The translations under genes were made by a program, and so were the position numbers. Below, one piece after another: positions 11,301 to 20,245 of a stretch of 64,000 bases of DNA. The first letter of the stretch is position 1. Each line of letters opens with the position of its first letter. Below the pieces are notes generated by a model that did not search any database, was not told the origin of the DNA, and saw only the letters and a list, made by a program, of their open reading frames with translations. Origin of the DNA: Entomortierella parvispora E1425 (taxonomy: Eukaryota > Fungi > Mortierellomycota); assembly GCA_020891255.1 (NCBI GenBank), contig BQFW01000012.1:372001-436000 (forward strand), in the 5' to 3' direction.

Positions 11301-13751
11301 CACAGTCTTGGGCATTTTGTTGAACAGCTCTACATATTCCTTGATCTGGGTGGCCCTAAACGGGACGATCACTGCTTCCTCAAATATATCCGATTCGTAG
11401 GCAAAATTCGGGCTGGTAGAGGGCGCTGACTCTGGTTCAAAATAGTTGCGGTAGTTTGGTCCAAGATACTGAGTGCGACAGGTGACAATCATCTTAGCCT
11501 GCCACTGTCGCGGCCGGTTAAAGCGGTTCTTGGTATGAAGATTGGTCCATTTATGACATTCGTCGTATCCATCACAGATCAGAATAAACCGTCGAGACCG
11601 CTGCATGCTTTCGATCTGTTGGTCCGTGAAAAAACCCAGATCTTCCAGATACTGATGGATCATGTCCTTGTCCGACGCCTCGATTGTTTTCAGATCAATG
11701 AAGAGTGGGATCGGTCCTCCTGGTTCATATTCTGCCCAAAGTTCGTTCTCCAGATGCAAACCAAACGTGGATTTTCCAGCCCCAGAGTCTCCAAGGACTA
11801 GAAGAACCTCGCTCTTGCCCCCAAGAAATTCCCTTGTCCGCTCCTGCAACTCAACCAAGACATCCTCTGACGCACGAATATTGGGTTTCGATAGCAGTTG
11901 GATATAGATCTCTCGTCTGTTGTACACTCTGTATCGTTGGCGATGGAGTCGATTAATGGCCAACTCGACGTCAGGATCCGAGTTGACTTTGTGCAGTAGT
12001 GGGGAGGTTGAAGGAAGAGATAGACGACTCATTACTGGGTGTGCGATTTTGAAAGGTTCGACGCCTCTTTCTTTGAAGCCGCAGACAAAACTTTGCTTTC
12101 TCTCTCTGAATGCTTTTTCGTAGATAGCCTGTGGGTCGTAAATACCCACTGGGATCGACGTCAGTGGGAATTCCGTAACGTGTCGAAGGATTGTCAGTGC
12201 CCACCTCCTGATGACAGGATCGTGTCGCACAGATCCATTGATATTGGCGTACTCGTACAAGAGAGTAAGGGCTTTGTGATGATCATCGTCGTTCCAAGTT
12301 GGATCCACTGCAATCTCTCCAAGAAGCTGACAGATGTGCCATTTGAAGTTGATATTTCCCGTGCTTGACCCTTTGTGGACTAGTTTGTATAGGTCCGAGA
12401 GGAGATGATTTCGCACGAACCCCATTGCCTGCTGAACATCCTGAAACCATTGATTCCTACTGAAGGATCTCCGAACCATCCTCATCAGTTTTTGAGGCCA
12501 GTTTGCTGTTTGTGCAAAGTTCGCATCATTTTCCATGACTCCTCGACTGAAGATCGAAATCATGACCTTCTTTGCATATTTGGCCTGGAACTTGACAGGA
12601 GGATACTTGTGCTTTTGCAAAGCGGAAAAAATCCTGAACAGCGGTTCACACTCCTCGAACCCTTGATCTTTTGTAGAACAAGCGCCCATGGCCGTAAGTA
12701 GGACCGTGACGGCATGAATCAAATAAACTGTATACTCTGCATCCCTCCCGGCTGTTGCTTCCAAGCGCTTTCTGATGGGCCCAAGAATGCGGGCTAAATC
12801 ATCGAACATGAAGGAGTCAGATGGTGCTTCTCGGATCAGCTGAACTAGCCCAAGAAGAATATTGGCGTCCAATGCGGTTTTCCGTTGGAACTCTTGCAGA
12901 AAGATCCTGGCTAGCTCGTGATGATAGTCCTTGATCAGAAACGGGCCAATAAGAACGACCTCTTGGATAGAGGCAGGATCCCTTGTCGATAATGTCACGA
13001 ATTTTCTCGCCATTCGACTCATCAGGTTATAGAGATGCTCCTTCTCCAAAGGATTATCTCCTATGTATCGAATCCACTCATCTTGGTCATCGCTGTGTAT
13101 GGTATGAGAAGGTTTTGTTGATAACGCTGGCGAAAGGAGTCTTGAGTGACTGCGTCCCTTCTCAAGGAGACGAGCGCAGTAGAATAGCTGAATGGTGTCT
13201 TCAATCAGCTCGTCATCTCCCGGCACAGGAATGGTAATGGGCTTCCTCCGATCTACTGAAGGATCAGCCCCAGCCGATGGCAGCGTAGCTGAGGGATGAT
13301 ACTGCAGTTTCTGTGACGATGTTGCATCTGTGATCCCCGGGTTTTGAAATATGGCAGCCGTTGTACGAGTTGTGCTGTTGCTGCTCTGCTTCAACTCCTG
13401 AGAGGCCCCTACAGTGAAATGGCTAGTGTCCGATATGCTGGTGGCTAGACCAGAAATATAGTGGGAGACGTTGGAGGTTGTGGGTATAACTGTAGGCGCT
13501 TTTGAATTGGGTCCAATGGGAACTACTTCCTGGCTGGATATGGTTTGATTTCCACGAATTGAGTTAGATTGTGCGATGTGCTCGAGGGGATTTGGCGCAT
13601 TGATGCGGGCGGTGCCTGGTGTACCTGATAGAGACGCTACAGACGAATGATGTGACCCACTGCCTCTTTCATCCTTGGTGTATGAGCTGGAGCTGGATAT
13701 AATCGGAAATGGACCTTGGGTCGAAAATACATAATTAGGAGCAGGGGCCAT
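8319..13751 (-). CDS. NLR-like STAND protein: N-terminal helical domain + NACHT + pentapeptide repeats + WD40 repeats (copy 1)
   Basis: Walker A GDSGAGKS, Walker B FILICDGYDE, pentapeptide stretch (NDLRGIQIPGADLSEGKFDSAQLQGANL), many GH...WD repeats. About 1810 aa with no CDS introns. The ORF-track start 13853 is TTG; the first plausible ATG is 13751 (MAPAP), behind a probable 5'UTR intron. Confidence 0.92.
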   Translation of the reverse strand: MAPAPNYVFSTQGPFPIISSSSSYTKDERGSGSHHSSVASLSGTPGTARINAPNPLEHIAQSNSIRGNQTISSQEVVPIGPNSKAPTVIPTTSNVSHYISGLATSISDTSHFTVGASQELKQSSNSTTRTTAAIFQNPGITDATSSQKLQYHPSATLPSAGADPSVDRRKPITIPVPGDDELIEDTIQLFYCARLLEKGRSHSRLLSPALSTKPSHTIHSDDQDEWIRYIGDNPLEKEHLYNLMSRMARKFVTLSTRDPASIQEVVLIGPFLIKDYHHELARIFLQEFQRKTALDANILLGLVQLIREAPSDSFMFDDLARILGPIRKRLEATAGRDAEYTVYLIHAVTVLLTAMGACSTKDQGFEECEPLFRIFSALQKHKYPPVKFQAKYAKKVMISIFSRGVMENDANFAQTANWPQKLMRMVRRSFSRNQWFQDVQQAMGFVRNHLLSDLYKLVHKGSSTGNINFKWHICQLLGEIAVDPTWNDDDHHKALTLLYEYANINGSVRHDPVIRRWALTILRHVTEFPLTSIPVGIYDPQAIYEKAFRERKQSFVCGFKERGVEPFKIAHPVMSRLSLPSTSPLLHKVNSDPDVELAINRLHRQRYRVYNRREIYIQLLSKPNIRASEDVLVELQERTREFLGGKSEVLLVLGDSGAGKSTFGLHLENELWAEYEPGGPIPLFIDLKTIEASDKDMIHQYLEDLGFFTDQQIESMQRSRRFILICDGYDECHKWTNLHTKNRFNRPRQWQAKMIVTCRTQYLGPNYRNYFEPESAPSTSPNFAYESDIFEEAVIVPFRATQIKEYVELFNKMPKTVENPAMEQEWSIEWYMERLKRITHLMEMAKNPFMLKMIVDVLPRIPKNTTKLTRVELYDHFVDLHFESEHRRLLNQQSSGKMDNGTLSAFTQFRNNEFISLGLNFSKQLSRCIFKEQQGINSVTYSTVQDRGTWKETFFGFSARARLLQESTQLVCRENRQDIRQLIRHKIRTARKRNSYEFSHRSIMEYFYSCLIFDPRGNAPQLDLAACLDSADGPIPVVNHPLGQTSIVSESSILHFLAERIYQSEEFYIQLQRILQLSKVEATFRRAASNSITILVRAGVRFNGNDLRGIQIPGADLSEGKFDSAQLQGANLIDVCLKSAWLRQVDLSGAIMTNVLLGENTYSEVPDLWSSAISSDGMMLVAGLETGDVQIYDLTDFCLRHTFRGHSRIVRSVDFSNDCSLVASGSDDGAVRVWNLKGRKNCAFLGHSCPVYCVAFAPDSERLASAGDDGTTRIWDIESESCVLTLETDFAMEMAVVNELTVSWSPCGRQIATGAALSRELVLWNAETGEIERTLEADGEDMVVYSRQGKLLAIGSRAELIDLASDTETNKPVVINCGTTAARAIFSQDEQTIVLACVNGSIQFWDGISGSYIACLNGHTSVVVGIAILGDQRLVSASRDGTVRFWQLDDELGSKEKSFNLPSPHRRGHTFDARYLVYSPSGEYLLSTSDESWVLLWDAASGTCRQFLELDRGPKMMSLSPNGRRLAVASRVYQLDYTEGRKEDSRFDNLADKAVFSPCGRWMASWDYGRVLKLWDLLSEDDPARLLEGFPARVTKLKFSPSGCQLISLSGNGTIILWDTERAEKIENLKISGSNFSFSPCGNVLVILDGISVYLWDLQERRGALLVAELEGIANCVEWSPCGSWIAMGHEDRTVRLWRMSDGGSGPVRSEEIVILDIFSPVSCLTWSPTDPLEFAIGCFDGSVFVWRVAEVQGSFRVELVWDSSASRLTVTGARIDHVSGLKSMQRNMLMQRGAIDESNVVDYEPASPI

Positions 13752-14542
13752 ACTCGTGGTAAAAGGATGTCTAGACAAGAGCAGGTTTTCTGGTGAGTAA
13801 ACAAGTATAGGCTCTAGTTGGATCATCCATAGGGCAAGAATTACCTCTGACAATTATTTCTAGGTCGACAGCGGAAAACGGATGGCCTGCTGAGTCGAAT
13901 GAATGATATAAAAAAAAGTTCCAAGTTCTGTGGTCCAGAGAAGATGTGGGTACGAAGATCTATCCGAGAAATGAGGGAGTAACCACACCTAGACGGCAGT
14001 AAGAAGAAAATAATAGCTTTGTTAGCACCATGAGCAATAGTATATGTTGGTAATGGTCTTCATTGTACTTCACAGCAAGAGGAATAGTGCCTGGCTAGAA
14101 GGATGATCGATTGTCTAGTACCAAAAGGGAGTTGCGGAGTAGTTTCGGTGTCGTTCAGCTCGGACGCGCCTATGGAGGAACTCGCTGCTTGACCCTTCCT
14201 CAAACGAAAGATGAGCAAGATGAGCCACTGGGGAGGGAAGAGGTAGAATGAATCGCTAAAGGAAGGAAAGGATGGCGAAATGAAGAAATGAACAATAGAA
14301 GGAATGAATGGCAGAAGGGGGCGAATGACTGAATGACTGAATGCATGAATGAATGAGCGGGAAGAAAGGAAGAAAAAAAGACGCGCACATGGTCCCGCGG
14401 GAGACACACACAAAGTTTACTTTGCCTCGTGCTTCACAGATCCATCACACCCTCAAGTCTCCATCCTCCCGACCCCAATGCAAGAAAACCTCGTGGTCCA
14501 GACGACCAGGGCCCTCAGATCCTCGTCAACATATGGTGAAGA

Positions 14543-15052
14543 GTGGTCCGACCGTGCCCATCGAGCATTGGCGCCAAGGACGTGTAGGTCACGTGAAAAC
14601 GATACAGAGGGCCCGGGTTCAAATACGCGCTCGGGCAAGACTTCACCCAACTGCATTGGTACACAATGGTCTCTCCTCATGTCAGTGTGGCCTTGAGGGG
14701 GATATGTGTCGTGCTCCGCGTCCATCTCTGTGAAAGCGGAGTAAACGTAGTACGCTCTGAAGGTAGGTTTCTTGCTCCGCGGTACAGTTTTGTTTCCCCC
14801 TCTTGTTTCCTCTTCTTTTTTTTTTTTTTTTTTTTATTTTGGCTGTAAACCAATGGATCCCTGATCTCAAATGTCTGTGGCAGGAAATCAGACTAAAGGC
14901 AAACTGTCTGGTGAGAACAATGGAAACGAGTGGTGTCTAGACCCACTGCACAATGTTCAATGCAAGAAAGCATGCCAGAAATACCGAGGCAATGTATGTT
15001 GTGGTGCTATTTAGGCGCCACATGCTGGCACTCAGGTGAGACTGCCCCTGGA
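14543..15052 (-). repeat. Non-coding inverted repeat copy of the region upstream of F-box 26573 (partner 25889-26488)
   Basis: The reverse complement aligns by eye to 25889-26488. Cores 14686-14755/26219-26288 match 67/70 and 14841-14917/26007-26083 match 73/77. Confidence 0.9.
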
Positions 15053-15282
15053 CGCAAATAATTGCTCGAAGCACGCGAAGGATATCATTGATCACATGGG
15101 TCGAAGTCACCGCCAAGGTCTAAGGAACAAGTTATCGACATATCATTGTCCGCGCGCTAAGTGCCACACGCATTAGAGGTCAGCTTTCTTTCCTCCCCCC
15201 GCATCTCAAGATAAACCAAATCTGGCATATCTCCTTTCACTGGCTCATCAACACAAATAACCAACAACCATATTTCATTGTA

Positions 15283-16806
15283 TCAAAATGCCGATTCAAA
15301 TTTGATATTTGGAAGGAGCGCGCCTGCATATTCTGGTAAAATCCCGCGTACCTGCCTCAACTTTGGCCAATGTCGGCCTACCCAATTCGCCTCTGCCTCC
15401 TTCCACCTGACAGCAGAGGTAGGGTATGCCGTCAAGTATAACTCTTGTAAACAATCCCATTTGCTTAACTGATCCAATCCGCTCTCCATTGTGAGCTGCA
15501 GATAGGTCTCAGAGCGCACATGCGCGTAACGGCCTATAGAACAACTCTGTAGACCATGAAATACCGAGAGTCGTTTCAAGATCAAATCCTGTCTTGACAG
15601 AGGCGATGTGATGGTGATGTTGATTGACAGAACTCGCAGTCCACGACATACCCAAGGTCGATCGTCCGATAGAATGTCAGTGTCTTTCATCGGTCCTGCC
15701 ACAAAGACTTCCAGGTTCGGCAAAGTACACAACATGGAGTGGAGACTCGACCCAGGAACTTGCGAGTTACAAAAACCTTCCAAGTCAAACTTGAGTTCGC
15801 GGAGCGAGGTCAAATGTCGAGGGTACCTCTGCAATGCCTTCCAAGACCTTTGGTCGAACTGCGACATGCAAAGGCTCAGTCTTGTCAGCCGGTCAATACC
15901 ATTTAATAACACGTCAAAGTCTCCTTCCTGTATATCTGCTCTTGGTAAGTCGAGACTCTCCAGTTTCTTACAGCTCCATCCGAGGGATTGGATCGCCCTT
16001 GCCATATAGTGCAGTGTCCGTGCGGGTTGCGATGGTACCGATGCCAGTATATTGAAACGCCGATTGACAGCCCACCTTAGCTGCACAAGATCCGGACAGC
16101 GTGCGAGGACCCACAGATGCGCCAGCATGTCTTGATCATAGCCGCCGATTCTCAAATCTCTGATCAAGACTGGCCGATTTTCGAGTGCGTTCCTGATCCG
16201 AGTCGTTTCCTCTTCAGTCGGCATGTCCACTTTTGAGTCGAAGTCCGTTTCCTCTCGATGGATCCAGTTTCCAGCAATATCCAGGACCTGGACTCGGGAC
16301 CAAAGATGCTCAAAACATTCGATCCAAGAATGGCCAGACGTCCAAGTTGCTGAGGCTCTTAGATGGTGTATACTCGGGAAGGCGTTGAAAAGGTCCGGAG
16401 GTAGACTGCAGTCGATAGAGAGTGATGTCAGGGTTGCGCTATGTTGGCGTATAAGCTTGCTTGAAAACTGTGTTGAGAATTGGGTTTTCTGGCTTCTGCC
16501 ATAATCAATAGTCAAGGAAGTAAGATTGGGAAAGACCATTGGGCCGTCACTGTATCCTAGAGTTGGATCGTAATGGACAGAGAGAGCGCGAACAAGAGGT
16601 GCATGTCGTGCGAGGGAGGCTGCTGAGGGGCATTTGAGATTTGTGGGGATTCTCTTCGACAGGTTGATCCAAATGTCGGACCACACAAGACCGATGAGGG
16701 CAGCATGCCATGAGCGTGAGACACGAACACATGCAGTCAAGTCCTTAAAGTTAAGACATGCCCCAATGTGAATGAGGATCTCATGAGGAATGTCAATCAG
16801 TTTCAT
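15283..16806 (-). CDS. F-box/RNI-like protein (array member), single exon
   Basis: MKLIDIPHEILIHIGACLNFKDLTACVRVSRSW F-box; WVCRGLRVL and C-terminal WKEAEANWVGRHWPKL; clear paralog of 17221, 23593 and 26573. Confidence 0.92.
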   Translation of the reverse strand: MKLIDIPHEILIHIGACLNFKDLTACVRVSRSWHAALIGLVWSDIWINLSKRIPTNLKCPSAASLARHAPLVRALSVHYDPTLGYSDGPMVFPNLTSLTIDYGRSQKTQFSTQFSSKLIRQHSATLTSLSIDCSLPPDLFNAFPSIHHLRASATWTSGHSWIECFEHLWSRVQVLDIAGNWIHREETDFDSKVDMPTEEETTRIRNALENRPVLIRDLRIGGYDQDMLAHLWVLARCPDLVQLRWAVNRRFNILASVPSQPARTLHYMARAIQSLGWSCKKLESLDLPRADIQEGDFDVLLNGIDRLTRLSLCMSQFDQRSWKALQRYPRHLTSLRELKFDLEGFCNSQVPGSSLHSMLCTLPNLEVFVAGPMKDTDILSDDRPWVCRGLRVLSINITITSPLSRQDLILKRLSVFHGLQSCSIGRYAHVRSETYLQLTMESGLDQLSKWDCLQELYLTAYPTSAVRWKEAEANWVGRHWPKLRQVRGILPEYAGALLPNIKFESAF

Positions 16807-17220
16807 CCTTTAGGTTCAATTCCGATGCCCTGTTCCTGGTCGTGGATGATTCTAATGGATGTGGAAGAGACCCAAAAAAAAAAAAAAAAAAAAAAAAAAA
16901 AGTGGGTGGGACGACGCGTTCGTGACGTGGAAGCCGCTGACATTCGTGAGAGCACCCCCGGTCATTTATTTCAAAGGCGCGTTTTTGTTCTCCAGTTTGG
17001 GTCAACCCCTCCATGAGATAGAAGAGAATGTAGTTAAAGAGGTGCAACAACCGCGTCCTCTATTGTCGTAGCAACATAGCAACATTCACTCCTATGTGAT
17101 CAACCATCTCTCTCTTCTTAGGATAGAGTAATTCTAGGCGTGGCAGCAGCTGAGTTCAGCAACAAAATATCGGATATCGAGAGGAAAACATATATCCTTT
17201 ACTTTATTGGAGCTTAGGAC

Positions 17221-18702
17221 CTACAAAAACTCCACCCTCGGTAGCAGTGTCTTTCCATCCAATGGTGTATATACCCCAAGAACATGCCTCAGTTTCGGCC
17301 AATGTTGGCGTACCCAATGCAGTTCCGCTTCTTCCCATCTGACAGCGGCACAAGGATATGCAGAAGTGAATAGGTTTGTTAAACGACTCCAGTGACTCAG
17401 TTGCTCCAACCCGTGTTCCATCGTAAATTGCAGGGAGGTTCCTAGGGCTCCACATGCAATCTCACTGGCTATAGTACAACGCTCCATGTTGTGGAACTCT
17501 GACAAACGTTTCAAGATCAAGTCCTGCCTAGAAGAAGTCGACGTGATTATAAGGTTGATTTCTAGAACCCGCAGTCCACGACACACCCAAGGTCGGTCAT
17601 TCGACAAAATCTCAATGTCCCTAATAAATCCAGCCTTAAAGACTTCCAGACTTGGCAAAGAGCACAACATGGAGTGGATATCCGATTCAGGAATATTCCC
17701 GCATGAAAGAATGTCGAGCTCTCGAAGCGAGGTCAAATGTCGAGGATACCTCTGCAACACTTCCCATGTGTTTTGGTCGAAGTTCGACATCGAAAGGACG
17801 AGTTTTGTTAACCGGGCGATATTATCCAGTAATAGGCTGAGATCCTCTGCTTTGATATCTGCACGAGGTAAACTCAGCTCCTCCAGGTTCTCGCAGCTCC
17901 AGCCTTGGGATCGAATCGCCTCTGCCAAATAACTCAGTGTTTCAACGGGCTGCGCTTTGCCAAGACTCTGGGCCACAGACCAACTCAGTCGGGCAAGACT
18001 GGGACAGCGACTGAGTACCCACAGATGAGCCTCTATGTCATGACGGTAGCCGCCCTCGATGTTTAGTTCTCTGGTAGAAACGTGTGGCAGCTTCAGCTTC
18101 CTCATGATTCGATTGGTTTCCTCTTCCGTAGGCATGTCCACTCTTGAGGCATCATTGAATCTTTCTCGGTAGATCCACCCCCCAGTGATGGTCAGGATTG
18201 GGACTCGGGACCAAAGGTGTTCAAAGCATTCAATCCAAGCATGGCCTGAACTCCAGGATGCAGGGGCTCTCAGCTGCTGTATCCTAGGGAATGAGTTGAA
18301 AAGGTCCAAAGGTAGAGCATCATTGACTCTGAGAAAGGTCAAAGTTGCATGGTGTTGATAAATGAGGTCTTGGCCTACGTTGCGACCGAGAGTCAAAGAG
18401 GAGAGGTTGGGAAAGAACACCGGGCCACTGATGTATTCTCTGGTGAGGATGTTAAGAGTGCGAACAAGAGATGCATGTCGAATGAGGGAGGCGAATGGAG
18501 GGAGTTTGAACTGATGTCGGGATTTGTTGTACGGGATCATCCAGGCTTCTTTGAAGAAGACTATCTTGATGTTGGACCAAATAAAGCCGATGAGAGTTGC
18601 ATGCCATGCACGGGAAACTTGGACACATGCAACTAGGTCGTTAATTGTCAGGCATTCCCCGATGAGGTTGAGAATCTCATTCGGGATGTGGTTCAGTCCC
18701 AT
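17221..18702 (-). CDS. F-box/RNI-like protein (array member), single exon
   Basis: Start at ATG 18702 (MGLNHIPNEILNLIGECL) by alignment with paralogs; same conserved motifs; ends LPRVEFL. Confidence 0.92.
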   Translation of the reverse strand: MGLNHIPNEILNLIGECLTINDLVACVQVSRAWHATLIGFIWSNIKIVFFKEAWMIPYNKSRHQFKLPPFASLIRHASLVRTLNILTREYISGPVFFPNLSSLTLGRNVGQDLIYQHHATLTFLRVNDALPLDLFNSFPRIQQLRAPASWSSGHAWIECFEHLWSRVPILTITGGWIYRERFNDASRVDMPTEEETNRIMRKLKLPHVSTRELNIEGGYRHDIEAHLWVLSRCPSLARLSWSVAQSLGKAQPVETLSYLAEAIRSQGWSCENLEELSLPRADIKAEDLSLLLDNIARLTKLVLSMSNFDQNTWEVLQRYPRHLTSLRELDILSCGNIPESDIHSMLCSLPSLEVFKAGFIRDIEILSNDRPWVCRGLRVLEINLIITSTSSRQDLILKRLSEFHNMERCTIASEIACGALGTSLQFTMEHGLEQLSHWSRLTNLFTSAYPCAAVRWEEAELHWVRQHWPKLRHVLGVYTPLDGKTLLPRVEFL

Positions 18703-19171
18703 TTTGATCCAGTGGCAAATGTCCAGCGGGGTCCTGGTTTTGATGGATGATGAATGATGCTGATGCTGATGCGAGGAGGAACAGAACAAAAAAAAAAAAA
18801 AAAAAAAAAAAAGACGAAAAACTGCGCCCAAGCGTGACGTGGAAGCGGGCAGTCCGCAAACGCGGTCAAGCCTCTTCATCTGACATGGCCATAGGGATTC
18901 ATCAAAAGATTCAATTTAGTTGTAGCTTTGTTGTCGAGTCGGTATCAAGTCCATCTCACGAACCCTCGACCTTCAGAGATGGTATCAACACGCAGAGGAT
19001 GCAGCATGCTCTGAAAAGAGCAAAGGCATTCTTTACCGTAGTCCAGTGTAGCGGCAATTGACAAGCAATCAATTGTCTTTATTTCTCAAATAAGGACCCT
19101 GAATACAGGAACAGCACCGAAGTCTGAATATTGAGCTGAGAAAGTCGCCGTCAGATGAATCTCAAGACTCT

Positions 19172-19789
19172 TCAACATATACACGGGTATCTTCTGCACC
19201 TATAGCACACGCTCGAACCAATAAGATCAAGCGCATTCTGTCGCCCTCTCTCCTCCAAGGCGTGCCTCGCTTTAAGAACTGCGAGCTGCTTTTCAGCACT
19301 GGCAGCGCTCCAACTCATGTTCTTGATTGTTTTTGCAATGCTAGCTTGAAGGTGGGCCGCCAATTCCTTCGCCCTGGGTTCCGGGACTGCGGGAAATTGG
19401 GATCGTACAAACGGAGGTCCCAATCGCATGATCTGGTTCGCCTTTTGAAAACTCGTAAAGGCTCCTTCAGGATCCGACATGATCTCGGAGCGCAGATACG
19501 TCAAAAGTCCTCCCTGGGTCACGGAGGGTCCCAGAGCCGTGAAGATAGTCTCGACTCGAAAAGCCAAGAAGAGAGCATTGAAGACCAAGGTGCTGATCTG
19601 GACACTGGTGGCGATGAGAGGCTGGGGTGTCAGGAATGACAAGAGAGCCTTCATCTTCTCTGGTTCAAGCAATTGAGATCCCTTGGGTTCGTATTGCATG
19701 TCCAGAGAGTTAAAGACTGCATTGGAGAATGATTGTAACGTCTCTGTTGGGTTGTGCTGATGGTCAAGGAGCGATTGTGGGTTCACCAT
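19172..19789 (-). CDS. Hypothetical 205-aa helical protein with Cys-rich C-terminus (CYRCRRYPCIC*)
   Basis: ATG at 19789 (MVNPQSLL) downstream of a poly(T) tract; non-repetitive, helical-looking composition. No family recognised. Confidence 0.7.
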   Translation of the reverse strand: MVNPQSLLDHQHNPTETLQSFSNAVFNSLDMQYEPKGSQLLEPEKMKALLSFLTPQPLIATSVQISTLVFNALFLAFRVETIFTALGPSVTQGGLLTYLRSEIMSDPEGAFTSFQKANQIMRLGPPFVRSQFPAVPEPRAKELAAHLQASIAKTIKNMSWSAASAEKQLAVLKARHALEERGRQNALDLIGSSVCYRCRRYPCIC

Positions 19790-19987
19790 GGTGTCTGTTG
19801 GTTCTGTCGAGACACAGCTAGACCAAATTAGGGTAATCCAGAAGATGAGTGTAGGAACCCGTTCGAGAGGGAGAAAAGTATGAACTGGGAAAATGGGTGG
19901 GGTGGACGAGCAAAGAGGGAGTTGTCGGGCTGTTCTTTCCCCGGGATACCATCGATGCGGATATGTGGCACTGCAGCTTTTTTGTTC

Positions 19988-20019
<32 letters not shown>

Positions 20020-20203
20020 TTTGTGATTCCATGTGAGTGATTCGAGGTCATGGGTGAACACAGACAAGTAGACAAACGGATAGGAGCAAATTTCGCCCAG
20101 CGACCTGCTTTTCTCGCGATCGATTGCGCGCGGGGAGAGCAAAACGAATGCAGGCATTGGACACGTGGCAAAGATCTCAAGGGGCAGAGAGACTCCAAAC
20201 GTC

Positions 20204-20245
20204 TCGCGTCAGGGCCGAACTCTGTTCTCGCGTCCGTTTCGCGTC
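20204..20245. promoter_or_regulatory. Cluster of three TCGCGTC (GACGCGA, MCB/E2F-like) sites
   Basis: Identical heptamers at 20204, 20228 and 20239, upstream of the 19789 gene; a further copy near 21013. Function is inferred. Confidence 0.4.

Noticed and set aside
13200-13751. Amyloid signalling motif (HRAM/PP/RHIM-like) at the NACHT N-termini
   Set aside because: Only generic S/T/P-rich low complexity and a (PN)n run; no G-x-Q-x-G or N/Q pseudo-repeat pattern.
14569-14624. tRNA/SINE-like A-box and B-box (GGTTCAAAT) in the inverted repeat
   Set aside because: No T-arm pairing or cloverleaf, and the B-box is not preserved in the partner copy.
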